DNA from: Ramazzottius varieornatus | Taxonomy: Eukaryota > Animalia > Tardigrada | Length of the DNA stretch: 64,000 bases | Direction of reading: 5' to 3' | Assembly: GCA_001949185.1 (NCBI GenBank) | Contig: BDGG01000007.1 | Span: forward strand, 186,001-250,000 | Part shown: in pieces, positions 1 to 12,446 of the stretch | Position numbering within the stretch: the first letter of the stretch is position 1 | How the letters are laid out: the number at the start of each line of letters is the position of its first letter | Program-made: the position numbers and the translations under genes | Notes under the pieces: model-generated | The model's database searches: none | What the model was told of the DNA's origin: nothing | What the model saw: only the letters and a program-made list of their open reading frames with translations

Positions 1-214
1 GGATGAATGGACTGCTGAAGATGAGTTTGCATTTCCTGCAGCTGCGCGCATGCTGGACCCTTCCATCAAAGATGGGGAATACAACGACGAAGAACAACGC
101 GCAAAGCATCGCGGGCAGCTCAAGACCCTCGTAAAGCTTTACGAGGCAGCTCGCAGCAGAGCCAGAGCTTCTAACAAGGCAACCAACAGTCTTCCACCGA
201 CAACCCCTACTTAG
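1..214 (+). CDS. 3' end of an unidentified ORF running in from outside the window (..DEWTAEDEFAFPAAARMLDPSIKDGEYNDEEQRAKHRGQLKTLVKLYEAARSRARASNKATNSLPPTTPT*)
   Basis: Open frame from base 2 to TAG at 212-214. It lies where an intron of the minus-strand GPR158-like gene is expected. No recognisable motif. Confidence 0.3.
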   Translation, partial: DEWTAEDEFAFPAAARMLDPSIKDGEYNDEEQRAKHRGQLKTLVKLYEAARSRARASNKATNSLPPTTPT

Positions 215-284
215 TACCATCCGAGCAAAGCTACACGCGAAGGTAACTTTGAGTAGGAGTATAATATGTCAAACAGATTTTCAC

Positions 285-1408
285 CTGTGCGTTTGGAGGT
301 GGCGCCACTTGGTATGTCGAGGGACCAGATCTGCCACCGGTACCACTGCTGCCACCAGCCACTTGTTCGTTCTTCCACAGTCGAAATATGGCGGTGACCA
401 TTTAACGGGACCCGGGTCAGCTTGCGGTTCAGGTGGTCCGAAGAACTCGGTGGTCGTTTGTGTCCCATTGGCATACTTGATATGCACCGAGTACGCCACT
501 TTCTGGTAGTCGGAAGTGCTCTTGTCGGGCAGCCAGGAAGTGAACCACTCGTTGATACGGTACAAGGGATGCGTATAATTTGAAGTGGACATTGAGGAAA
601 CACCTGATCGAGGAAAATACTTGTTTCAACAGACGTTACATAGAAGCTGGGCAAATGAGAACTGAACCACATCTTTTCCACAAGGAGCGCACGTTGTCAA
701 TATTTTTGGCTGGTAGCGTGCGCAACTTGCAGCTGATTTCTCAACTGGCGCACGCTTTCACTGTCGTTAGCTGAAAGCGTGCGCCACTTGCGAAAACGAT
801 CTGGTTCAGTTTAATTTCCCAGCGTCCACAGGTAATTTTCAATGTTACCTGCCTAAGTCTCGTACGTCGGTCATCAGAAGCGTGGAATATCGCTTCGGGT
901 TGATCGGGTCGTTGAAGTCATCTCCACGAGCCGCTTTCGGGGCGAACAGCGGAAACGTCCGATTGTAGAAATTCCGGTACCAATTCGGGTAGGACACGTT
1001 CTGGTCGAAGTATATCGCACTGGCGTTGATGGAAGAAACAGCAGCCACATCCGCCAAGAGCGAGAGGTAATAATACATCAAGCCGGCTTCTTCGGCGTCT
1101 TCGGCATTGCGGAAGAGGAAGCTGTAGAAGAAGGCGCGATTGAGTGCAATGTTGTGAATTTGAGCCAGGTTGGTGCGGTTACGGTATAATGGGTCAAGAT
1201 ACAGGTCCTTGATATCGGGAAGATGGGAGATGGCGTCCAGGGGAATGAAGAGCTCATGGCGAGGGCGACCCTCGCAGTTGGCGCCGCTGATGGACCGGAA
1301 GCGCGTTAGAATCTCGTCGAAACGGTCTGGTGGCTGGTGCTTGAATTGTCCTGCAACAAAATGAAGATGGACAACGAATGTCAAAATTAGATCATCAAGT
1401 AACTGCAT
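285..1408 (-). CDS. GPR158/GPR179-ectodomain-like secreted protein, 5' exons (853-1408, 285-603); continues off the left edge
   Basis: Possible signal peptide, then family-like motifs NRTNLAQIHNIALNRAFFYS, GLMYYYLS, INASAIYF, PLFAPKA.RGDDFNDP, NYT...YRINEWF..WLPD and GPVKWSPPYFDCGRTNKWLVAAVVP. The homologous frame is kept only with a GC donor at 852. Confidence 0.8.
646..823. repeat. Intronic foldback element (AAGTGGCGCAC..GTGCGCCACTT family)
   Basis: Imperfect terminal inverted repeats gctggg..aactgaaccacatc / gatctggttcagtt..cccagc with an internal hairpin tggcgcacgctttca..tgaaagcgtgcgcca. Confidence 0.6.
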
Positions 1409-2241
1409 CTCAAAATGTATTTACTATGGAAGGCTGAAGTAAAAGCTTTACTTTAGGCCGTCAGAAGTACGAGGAACCGCAACATCGCAAGTATGCACAT
1501 GACCTTCACCGGTCAGTTCAAAAGCGGCCCCGTCTTGATGGTTCAAAATCATGCAAAACATCGACAGTCGACGGCTCCACCCAACCAGTCCTCGTGTAGA
1601 CGACGCATTATCAGGATACTCGTTCAAGTTTCGAAAGAGCTTTGTTTTGAATTTGTGCCGAACACGTCCTCCTCGAAAGTTTGTCGATTCCCGTCCCAAA
1701 AAATAACGGTTCGCCATGTATTCCCGCCGGGTTCATAGACGACGCTTTTGTCTCGAGTTAAACGCTGCGTTTTCGTTGTCTCTACGACGTTATTTGGGCG
1801 TGAACTGGGCGTGTTTTAATTTTACGCTCATTTCACGCTAAAAAAATCCGGCAACTTTTGAAATTTTTCACGAACTTTTTTTGGAGTCAGCGGGAACCGC
1901 GAACTGGCTGGGGCGGGTTAATATCCATACTGCAATTGAACTTATTTCGTGGCTCAACGTGGTGATCGAGGCACCTACGCCTCCCGATGACAGAGACTCT
2001 CCCAGTTCGGACACAACCCTCTTTGTACGGAAAATGCTTGGTTGCTCTTGATGATTAGCACCAAATCTATAGTCAATGCGGAAGACTGCAAGACAAAACT
2101 TAACGAGTATAGCGCGAGATGCATTCCACCATAAAAGGGAAGGGACAAGAAGGCACGACTCTCGATCGACTAGTCCACGCACATAGGAAAGATCGCTCCA
2201 CTCTTTCTGTGATTTTGCTGAAAGAGGACAAGCCTGTACGA

Positions 2242-3599
2242 ATGTTCCTCTTTCTTTCTGCCCTTGTCTTCATGCTCTTCTCGGTATTACATTGTTTGCC
2301 CTTAGCTGTTACTGTTACTTCCTATCAGCAACCGTAAACCAAGTACAAGTGTATACTTGGAGACAATGAAGATTGCCGTCCATTCTGTCAAGACCTTGAT
2401 TCTATAGATCCCCGATCCTTTGCCTGATCTCTCTTTCATATGAACATAAGCTCGAGGGATCCGAGCATCACTGTCTCACAACGTAGAACTTTCTCCAGAT
2501 GCCGGACCATCGACGTTAATGGTTTTGAATTTAAACAAATCTATTCAGGTCAAGATGGATATTCCCCACACTATCCTGGCGGATGTCTTCGCGTATTTTG
2601 AACTACACTTCAACTTTTACTTTCGACGGTAAGTGATCCTGAACGCGGTATACCGGGTATAGACCGCCATCTTGGGCTTATATTAGAAAATGCCTCTGTA
2701 CTGCAAGATTCGTACCCCAAAACTCACAAGCCTGCACTAAATACTATGCCCGATTTGCAGCGTATCTCAAACGTGGCGGAAGCTGTTGACAAAGACCTTT
2801 AGGAACAACCACTTGACCTTCAACCTATCGAGTGCTCCACGGTGCGAAATTGCAGTGTACAGCTTCGACGACCCCTACTTCGCGTACGACAATAACCTGC
2901 CGGTCAACCTGAAGGAATGGTTCGACGGACAAAAAGATACTCAGCGAAGACGTGGAATATTTGTTTTTGGTAGCGACCGGCAAAGTTTCACAATGTCCAG
3001 GCTTATGCTCAAACATGCATATGAGTTACACGGTAAAATTATTGTTCATGACAGGGTATGGACAGACCTTCTCTGGGATTGACGTACACGATAGTTTCGT
3101 TGACGGCATCAAGAAGAATATGGCCGGAATGGACAGTCCACCGCAGTTCTATCTCTGGTGGAACGTAAGATTAGCTGCCTCTGACTTACTGGACCTCCAC
3201 ATCGAGTCGAGGCTTTGGCCGACAGAGAAAGTGTTTCCACCTGGTTGCCGCCTTATCCTGAAGGACTGCTGGATCACGGGCGTCAACTGGTTTACTTTAC
3301 TGCACCACCACCTGACCAAGACTCTGCACACCATCCATGTGACGGAGATGGAGGAAGTCAACATTGGTCCAATGGATAAAGGTCGTCGTCATGGCATGGC
3401 TTCAAGCTACGAATACGGAGAAGGGGAAGCGGAAGTCTTTGCCAGAGAAATGCTCCGTTTGGGTCGTAAATACGCAAAGCCGATGACGGATAAAGAGCGA
3501 CGCATTCTTCAGTCAACCTTCCAGTATTACTGGCAGAGACAGGAGAATGAATATCTTCCACAGTTTCCAAATGCATTTGCCAGCCTCATACGAACGTAA
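2242..3599 (+). pseudogene. Decayed intronless ORF, possibly a secreted protein of unknown family
   Basis: ATG 2242 gives a signal-peptide-like MFLFLSALVFMLFSVLHC. The same frame continues through scattered stops, followed by overlapping ORFs 2786-3082 and 2952-3599 that look frameshift-joined. Confidence 0.4.
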
Positions 3600-4455
3600 G
3601 TTACTTGGTTTGAGTCCGTGTGTGGTACTGTACAATTTTATTCGGAACCTCAAAGCAAGGTTTTGCACCAAGGTCGTTTCTCATTTCGCAGACACGAACC
3701 GGACTTCAGTGAACTTCATCACGACGCTCTACGTATCTTGAGCACATCTCATCCGAAGGTTCTGAAAGCACTGACCGAACGTCTGCTAGAAGCTCTTACT
3801 CAAGATTGCAATTACGTTTAACTTTAAGAGAGGTTGACAAAACCAGTATTCAACGCGCAGTTACGAAGATCGCAGAGAACGTTCGCTGCCAGTTCTCCAT
3901 ATGCTCGATCACGTTTACTGCTCTAGCGACTCCCTAGCTAGCTTCCGCTTAGCACACGAGGTTTTCCAATGGTCTGGTCATCTTCTACCCACAACTGTTT
4001 TTTCTTCCGTTCTTGGGCGCAAACATCAGTTACGTCACCGCGCATGTAGGGGAATACTGCAACGTAAGCTACTTTCGAAAGTTTATGTGAAGGAACCAAT
4101 AGTGGTATGTTCCTCCTTCGCAGAAAGTTTGGGACACACAGCTACCTTACAAGCAGGGAACCGATGAGGACGTCGAGCGGAAAAGCTTTCGCGCTTTTGC
4201 TAAACTTACATGCTATCGTTCAGTTGATTACTTGATCAGTGCGTCACTTTAAAGAAGATTGAAGTTGGCACAGTGGTGCCTGATAAATGATGCGTGCCAA
4301 AGGCGCACATCAGGTAGATACTACAGTCGCGCGCACATCTGTCTCGAGCGTCCACATCCTGAGAGAAAACTTCGGTTACCATCGGTCACCGATGCGTCCA
4401 CCGTTCTGTTGTCCGTAAGACATGTCGGGGCGGTTGGGTCCTTCGAAGCCTAATC

Positions 4456-5644
4456 CTATCGATCAGAACCACCTACAAAATCAGGCATTCCCATACCTGA
4501 AAGGAGCGAAACAAAGGCACGTCAGACACCATTGACCAAAAAGAAAAGCTCACTTCCAGGTGGGCTTACCTCCTTGACGTCCAGAGTCTAGGCTGAAGCC
4601 GTAACTGCCATCCATTCCGCGGTTGCTTTCCATGCTGCTCTGTTGGTTGCTGCTGCTGCCGTACGGTCCGTAACTCTGGCCGTTGGATCCTCCATACCCG
4701 CCCTGTTGTCCACCGTATCCTCCTTGGCTGTGGCCTCCATACTGACCGGAAGGCTGACCACCGAAGCTCGAGCTGCCTCCGAATCGGTCGCTGTCTTGGG
4801 GACGACCACTCTGCTGGCCGTAGCTGGACGAGCCTTGTCCGTATCCGGACGATCCCTGTCCGTAGCTGGAGCTTTGGCCGTATGATCCTCCTCCCATGCC
4901 AGACGGTTCATACTGGTGGGACTGCGAGTCAAATCCGCCGTATGGCTGCAAAGAAAAAAAGAATCGGAAGTTAGAATCGAACGTAGACGGCAATATGCGT
5001 AGGACCTAAAGAAACTTGAGCAGGCGGAAAAGTGCAGTAGGCGTAGGACTGACGTGAGAAGAGCCTGGCAAGCAAGACGGCGGAAATGAAGGCTTGTAGG
5101 CCTTGTGTGGCTAATAAACAAGCAAGCAAAAGGCAGAGCATGACTTACGCCGCCGTAGTTTCCGCTCTGATTTTGCTGGCTGCTGGAGGAAGTGATTGTT
5201 GGTCCAGCGCTCGATTTAAACCTGCAATATCATACAGAGCTCGCAGTTCTTATTCTGAACGAGCTGAAACACAGGCACGTACTCCAAATACTTAAAGGTG
5301 TCCTTGAATGTGTCCAACAAGCAGGGGCGTCTACCACTTCCGCCGTACGTAAGGAAACCTGCAAAGAACACAGATCAACCCAATCCCGCACTTTCATCAG
5401 TGGGTACGTCCTGGAAATTTTTCCGTCCAGTCAGAAAAGCTGTGTAACGGCTCGCTTTGAATGCCTCCTGCCGCAGGTAAAAACGTGACTTACACATTCT
5501 GAGCGGTCCGGTATATTTCAGCTCTTCTTCAAATTCTTTCTTAGACAACGGGGTTCGATATTCCACCGGGTGAAGGGTGAATTTCTTTGATTTTGATGGA
5601 CGATAAACATCATCTCCAGTTTCCGAAACATACAAGGTCGGCAT
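4456..5644 (-). CDS. Gly/Ser/Gln/Tyr-rich low-complexity (prion-like) protein, 5 exons
   Basis: In-phase GT-AG model: MPTLYVSETG..GPLRMC|FLTYGGSGRRPCLLDTFKDTFK|FKSSAGPT..NYGG|PYGGFDSQ..GSYGQSSSYGQGSSGYGQGSSSYGQQ..RQGG|MGMPDFVGGSDR*. Many [G/S]Y[G/S] repeats. Confidence 0.75.
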
Positions 5645-6183
5645 CGTGTAGAAAAATCGTCGATCAAAAATTAATTTACGCCGGTTGTTTCAAAGTTTCT
5701 CAGATGACACAGCAAGCGATGCTTGTCGACACACACAGTCATAACAGACCGCGCTGGTTTCCGCATTCTTGAAAAGCCAGCCTCTTGTTTTACGGACGGT
5801 GGAATTTTCCAGGGTAAGGACACTGGCTAGGTGCAAAGCAAACGTACAAGATTGTTATCGCAAGTGGCGTATTCTTCCAGCAGCTAATAATAAAACGCGC
5901 GCCACCAACGATAACGATCTTGTGACCGAGGCGTGGTTAAGTCTTCCCTATGGCCGGCACCACCCTGGGGCTGATTTTATTTCGAAGGAAAATAATTTTC
6001 TGAATAGAAGTTATTTTCTCTTCTAGCTCTTCTGCTTCCTATTCAGTCCCGCAGGACGCCATTTCTGGGCCATAATCGTGGGGATAATTCATGGTTTCCG
6101 TAACGAGCTTCTACTACGTCACGCTCTGCTTGACTTGGATGCTTTCCAGCTCTGATTTTCTTGTGTTCCTGTTTCTTTTGCAG

Positions 6184-8992
6184 CAATGCGCCAGTTTGCT
6201 CCGTTCCTACTGCATGGGAGATGGACAAGTCAAGTTCCAGTTGGTGAGCGAGCCGGAAGTCAACTTTGCCCACGTGGAGCCGCAGTTTCGTCGCATCAAC
6301 ACAGAGGATCCAGACTTGAACATCAACTTACCCGTCTACTCCATTCACGGCAATCACGACGATCCCAGCGGTCTCAAATATCTCAGCGAGCTCGATCTTC
6401 TCCACACGTACGGCCTGATCAACTACTTTGGAAAAGCCAACGATATCGGTAAGTTTGCAGGCTGAAAGACCGAAGAGGCTGTTCGCAGTGGAACAGTTCT
6501 AACACTGGGATAACGCTTGATTGTTGATTGCAACGGCCGTTTCTTTTGCAGAGAATATCGACATCTACCCACTGCTATTCACGAAAGGCACCACAAAGCT
6601 GGCTCTGTACGGTCTGGGTTCCATCCGAGACGAACGACTTCATCGAGCGTACCTGAACAACCGTGTCCAGATGAAGCGACCTAGCGAAGCCACCGACGAA
6701 TGGTTCAACCTCTTCGTTCTCCATCAGAACCGGCCTGCACACCGTGGCAGCCACAACTACATTCCCGAGTCCTTCTTGGACTCCTTCCTTGACTTGGTCG
6801 TCTGGGGCCATGAACACGACCCCATTCCCGAACCTGAGCATAACAAGGAACGAGGCTTTGAAGTCCTCCAGCCAGGTAAACAAAAGTATCCTCTGAATTT
6901 CGATTTTAGTGCACCCGGTCGGGATGGCCGTGCTTCGGTCACGCTTGGCCGCGTGAGGACTGCGTGTGGGTCATGCTTTTCCATGTTTGGTGCAGTGTGT
7001 AAGCAGGGTTCTGCCGTTGATTTTCGTGTCGGCTGTTGCGTCGCGTTATGGTTTGCTCATGCCTGCCGACGTGTGAAAGCATGGCTTTTTGGATGGGTTC
7101 TTGACAGGGTTGTTGTCCACCACATCACAGAACAGAAGTCAGTTTGTGTGTCATGGATGGATTTTTGCAGGTAGTTCAGTGGCCACATCGATGAGCGACG
7201 GAGAAGGCAAGCAAAAGTTTTGCTACGTTGTAAAGGTCTGTGGTCGCAGGTACCGCGTAGAGCCCATCGCTCTGCGGACGGTTCGTCCCTTCGTGATAGA
7301 AGAGATCGATCTCAAACAAGCAGGCTTCACCAAGACCGAAGCCAACACTGACACGATTCGACTCGAAGTCGAGACCTTCCTGGCCGGTCGAATGGAGCGT
7401 ATCATTCGCCGCGTGGAAGAGACCAAAGGTCCACATCAGCCCAAGCAACCACTGGTGCGGCTGAGAGTCGACTTCGGCGACATTGAACCGTTGAACCCAA
7501 TCCTCTTCGGCCAGAAGTTCTTCGGTAGGGTAGCTAACCCCAAAGATATCATTCTGCCACTGAAGAGAAAGGCCGAGAAGGCACAGATGAATGGTCATGG
7601 TGGAGTGAGCAACGGCGTGTCGAAGGAAATCAAGCCGCTGATCGAACTGGACACTGCGACGATCGAAGATGTCCTGGTCAAGTACTTCGACGATAAGTCG
7701 GATTCCGGGCTGATGGTCTTCAACTCGAAGTTCTTGACGGAAGCGCTACGAAAGTTTGTCAATAACGTAAGTGTGGAAACAGTATTTGGGTAAAGTGAGC
7801 AAACTCGACAGGATGATTTTCGAAGTGGCGCACTCGTCCAGCTAATCCTCCCGCGTTCGTGCACCATTGAGAAAACAATCTCGCTGAGTCTGTTCAAGTG
7901 GCGCCCGCTTCCGGTTGTTGTGCTCCAGTTGTGAAAACGGACCTGTCGAGTTTGTTTGCCGATCTTCCACTTTTGCAGATTGGTTTTATAACCGGAAGTG
8001 TGTTTATGTAGGAGGATAGGGAGGCCATCTTGGACGCATACGAATATCAGAAAGCTCAGGCGTTGCAGTACTTGTCGTTGGCCGAGATGAGCGGAGACCC
8101 GGGAGAGGAGTTGCTGAATAGCTTGAGGACCTTCCGATCGGAGAACGAGAAGTACATGTCGGACTTCGTCAACGACTTTGAAGACTGGCGTTCAAAGGGT
8201 GCTGGCAAGAAGAAAGGAGCGGCGGCTTCGCGAGCTGCACCGAAAGCGGCAGCCCCCATCATTCAGGTAACACAATCGGCGTTCTAACACATGAAATTAG
8301 ATTCCGGAGACGGACTTCCTGGAAAATCCGAACTGTAAAACACAAGGTGTTATGTTTCATTCTGGAAAAATAGAGGCTCCTAGGTTTTAGTGTGTAATGT
8401 TCTTGACTTCGTTGTCGGTGTCCGACAGTTCGGCGGACAAATTCAGCCGGAAGGTTGGTCCAAGTGGCGCAGGCTATCATCTAATACGCGCACCACTTGA
8501 CAAAACGTTCGGATCGAGTTTTGTGGCCGAGCTTTCAAAACCTTTTGTTTTGGGTTTCCCCTTCTTCTTTTTGCAGGTTGATGAATCGGACGAAGAGATG
8601 CCACCAGCCAACGGTACCGCCAACGGACGTGGTCGCGGTGCGGCTACTACCCGAGCTCGAGGTGGGCGCGCTCGTGGAGCCAGAAGTTTGCTCACCGACT
8701 CACTACTGGAATTTCGGCTCGCATGGAGCCTTGCATGATCGAAAGATATTTTGATCATAATCTATTACCTGTGGGTCGTTCGGTGCTACACAATCTTTAG
8801 ATTCAAACCGCTTTCGTTTCTCTGCACATTTCAGTTCTGAAGGTCCGTCAGCGTTCTTTGGTGTGTGTTTAACCCAAGGATGTATCGTAATTCACTTTCG
8901 CGGTATACTTTTTCCTCTGGTTCTATTTTTTACATGTTTTACAGGGGATGGCTGGTAGTGGTAGCTATGCCAGCAAGGCTACGACCACGTAG
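6184..8992 (+). CDS. MRE11: MRE11 double-strand-break repair nuclease, 5'-truncated copy (exons 6184-6448, 6552-6875, 7171-7766, 8012-8266, 8577-~8685, last exon 8945-8992 tentative)
   Basis: LLRSYCMGD, PVYSIHGNHDDP (motif III), LYGLGSIRDERL, WFNLFVLHQNR (IV), LVVWGHEH (V), QPGSSVATS, PLVRLRV, FGQKFFGRVANPKDII and a C-terminal GAR (GRGRG..RARGGRARGAR). No exon encoding motifs I/II was found upstream. Confidence 0.93.
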
Positions 8993-9440
8993 ACATATTT
9001 GAAAGACCGGATTCAAAGTCGGTCCCTCGTTTCTTTCCGGCTACGTATAAGTGTCACTCTACCGTGTCGCATTTCGCTTTTACAAACTTAGCACAGTCTC
9101 TATCTTGTACTTTTCTCTCACATTCCGGTCTTTTACTTGCAAGCAATAATAAATAAACTCTGTCGAGTTGAGTGCTGACTCGCTTCTTCGATGCCTTTTA
9201 TGTTTTCGTCAGCTAGCGATTTTCGCGATTTTGGGGGGGGGGGGTAATTTCTGGTAATTAGGCACCGGAAGTCATCATTTTATCGCTCTTTTCCGCAGAG
9301 TTTTCTTCCTTTCTTCTTAGAGTGGATGACTTGGATTTCCCTGGTTTGTGGCGTATTTAGTGACGATTGTGGTATGAGTATACTGCAGTGCCGAGAGAGG
9401 CAACGTGTCAAGAGGATCCATATCTCCGGGAACGAGCAAG

Positions 9441-10309
9441 ATGTGTGGCGGAGGGAATTCGGACGTGGAGCGCGGGCGTCAGCGATGCCAAAAGAACGCC
9501 GGACTGATGTGGAACAACTTGTGGTGTTCGAAAGACTTTTCTGACGTTACACTTCACTCCTCTGATGGTGTTGCTTTCAAGCTCCACAAGTTACCTCTGG
9601 TTGCACGCAGTCCCGTAATGTCGGAAGCCTGGAAGACACCGGAAGTCGAGTTGGTCGATGGCGCTCCTTTGGAAGTGGCGCAGTTCGTGCGACAATTTCC
9701 ATTCGTCGCTCTGAAGAACTTCTTCTACGCACTTTACACTGGGTCGTGTGACATCATCAAGGACCGTCGCACCGCGTTCCACCATTTTTGCACGGATATC
9801 TACAGTCTTGCCCATCATTTCCAGGTACGTACGAACTCTTAAGGGAAGTTTCGATTTGATCGTCCAGGTCAATCAAGCCGTGCTGTTTGCACCCAACCCC
9901 GTACCAAACGAAAATATGGGAAAAGACTGCTGTATCATGGCAATTAACCGAGCGTAATGTCACGCTGGCCAGAGTTCCGTTCGAGAGACCCGCACCTCGA
10001 ATCTAGGTCGGCTCAGGTTTTTGTCACGTAGAACTTCGATAGCATATTTGCCTAAACTGCTTTTGTTTTGCAGGTCCAGGACATAATGGATATGTCATAC
10101 CTCCTGATGAAAAACCGAAAACTTCCAAGTAATGCGGTGGAGATTTACCTGTTGGCTGTGGAGGTGAAGGACGAAACGCTTCGTTCGGACGCAGAAAGAT
10201 ACATAGTCAGCCGACGCCAGGATGCATGAAAAGCGAGGCCTGGTTAGAACTGAAAGATCAAAAATCTCCTGTCTACACTGAACTGTTGGAAGCCATGGCT
10301 CTGGTCTAG
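9441..10309 (+). pseudogene. BTB/POZ(-BACK-like) domain gene with a frameshift in exon 2
   Basis: FSDVTLHSSDGVAFKLHKLPLVARSPVM..ALKNFFYALYTG (BTB). Intron 9825-10073. The frame stops at 10227-10229 while the typical tail MKSEAWLELK..YTELLEAM continues in a shifted frame to TAG 10307-10309. Confidence 0.75.
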
Positions 10310-10516
10310 ATAACTGACACAGCTACGACTTGTGACTGAATTCTGATATACACGGGGAACGTTTCTGTCGGCCTCTTATCGTCAGTTTGTTCGATCCTCG
10401 ACCGTTTCTCTCACCAAAAATTCCTAGCGCCAAAGTCTTTCGTTAGCTCTTCGTTTTATTGCCTGTTCCCCATTATGAATAGGCGGCGTTGTACTATTCC
10501 AAATATATCAGTGTAT

Positions 10517-12446
10517 TTACAAAAATATACTAGCTATCGATAAGACCAGAAACAGCCGCATAAAGAAGCCCAAATAAATTCGTAGTGCGGCGCCGACCAG
10601 ACGACATTTGAGCGCAGAGAACTTACTGAGTCTCCCCAACACCATCTTCTCCCATTCCGACTCCAGGATTTGCCCGTCAAAGTAATTGACCGGATCGTTG
10701 TAAGGATATTCATAGCCGGGCTTGCATTCGCATTTGTACCCGCCAATCTCGAACCGCCTTCCCAGAATCGGCACACACTGTAACCAGACAAAGCCTATCA
10801 ACGTGACGCACATTCAGAAATGAGAAAAACGAGAAACCGTACTTACGTATGAACTTCGCGGGTCACATCGATCCGAGTTCTTAAAGGCGTTGGCCACGGA
10901 GATGTCAGCCGGACACTGATTCAGGTCCAGTTCCGGAAGAGGAACTGTCACAGTCACCACGCCTCTGAAAAATACCAAACTTCGCTGGAGAAAAATCTGA
11001 ATGGGGAGAATTTACCAGGCTTACTGGAATTCAAGTTCTTCGCTAAGGCTGTCCAGTCCAAAGAACGGCACAGCGTAAGTCAAAACCCATTCCTTGATGT
11101 GTCCATCACAATTGTAGTAAGGCGCGGTCCAGTAGCCATCGGTCACCACTGGCGCATGGTACTGCATCGGGAAGTGATCATACTTCATCGAGTACGTTCC
11201 CATCTTGTCACCGCGTACCCGCATCCTCGTCGCGAACTTTGTCAGTCTGGAAGCCGGGCTCGCCGACCATCTCTCTTTCACCATCCTATACCACGGCTGT
11301 CTCAGATACGACGCGTTGCGATCGTTGACGAGCCCAGCTCGGTCTTCGGCGAAGTAAGCCTTGGCATATCGCGCTGTCCGTTGAGCGAAAGGCCCTGAGA
11401 AAGAATACAGAAAAATATGAGAAGATAATCGGCCAATAAATTCGTCAGTTTGTTGTCGCAAGTGACGCACGCTCTCGGCCGGTAACAGTGAGGACATGCG
11501 CTACTTGGGATAACGTTCTGGGTAGAATCATTTGCCGACCTCCCAATTGATTTCTGCTGAACTGTGCCTGGATTACCGAAGTGTGTCCTGTTGGGGAACT
11601 TGTTCGTTTCATAAAATATCCCGCTGTTCAGGATACGCATATCACCCATGACATTGGCCAGGACTTCGGCCAGCAACTGAGCTTCGTTCAGAGGTTGGTC
11701 AGCGAGTCGTTCGAAGAAGACTTCGCGCGGGTCGACAAGCTGGTTGAAGGCGCTGATGAAATGGGCAAGCCGAAGAGCGGTTTCGGCCTGATTCTGGAAC
11801 GTTGTTTCTTTGCCATAGGCCACATCACCGTGAAGAACCAGCGAGCCGTTGGGGAAAAGGTGGCAGTTGTCTGGTGTGATGAAGCGCATTTGACGCAGTG
11901 TGCCGAGCAAGACGTTGTTGGTGAACGTCGTGGCCCTCTTGGTCCTCGATTTTCCCGGCTTGGTGATGTCGATATCCCCACCCAGGCAAGAATCGCCTTT
12001 TGGACAAGTTTCTTGGGCAGGACCAGGTTCGATCGCACGCTCCATCCGCATTGTGCTGGGATGGTCCAACTTTAGCTGTACATTCTTGGACCTTTGAGCG
12101 GTCTCGGCAGAGATCAGTCCGTGGTACACCCTGCCATTGAAAGCTCGCCATGTGGGAAGGATGTCGTACGGAGGTGCGGATTCCGCATTGACAGATACGA
12201 CCGGCTGGCCGTTCTCATCGTAAACGATAGGTCGACCATCAGGACCCAGCGGAACACCTTCAAAGTTGTGGAACTGTGAACGGTTGGACTGCACCGGGTC
12301 AAATGGGTAGCGGTACTCATCGGGTGGAGTGGACATGTCAGTGCCGAAGAGGTATGAGTAAGGTCGCTGACCACCTTGCGGACCGAGGTAGCTTTGGTGC
12401 AAGAAGAGTTCGTCTCTGACTGCGTGATGGGTAATCACGCGGATAT
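10517..12446 (-). CDS. GPR158/179-ectodomain-like protein, 3' half only (exons 11577-12446, 11025-11394, 10847-10964, 10517-10777)
   Basis: LHGDVAYGKE..FQNQAETALRLAHFISAF, GYWTAPYYNCDG..WVLTYAVPFFG, LDLNQCP, and EGF-like CVPILGRRFEIGGYKCECKPGYEYP, ending in a hydrophobic tail. Upstream exons are absent, replaced by hAT sequence. Confidence 0.85.

Noticed and set aside
6050-6100. FLGHNRGDNSWF as a remnant of MRE11 motif I
   Set aside because: No DxH, it is followed by a stop, and no GDLFH is nearby; the similarity is too weak.
285-12446. A single GPR158-like gene spanning both halves, with MRE11 nested in an intron
   Set aside because: On the minus strand the 3' half (with its stop) comes before the 5' half, so the order is incompatible with cis-splicing.
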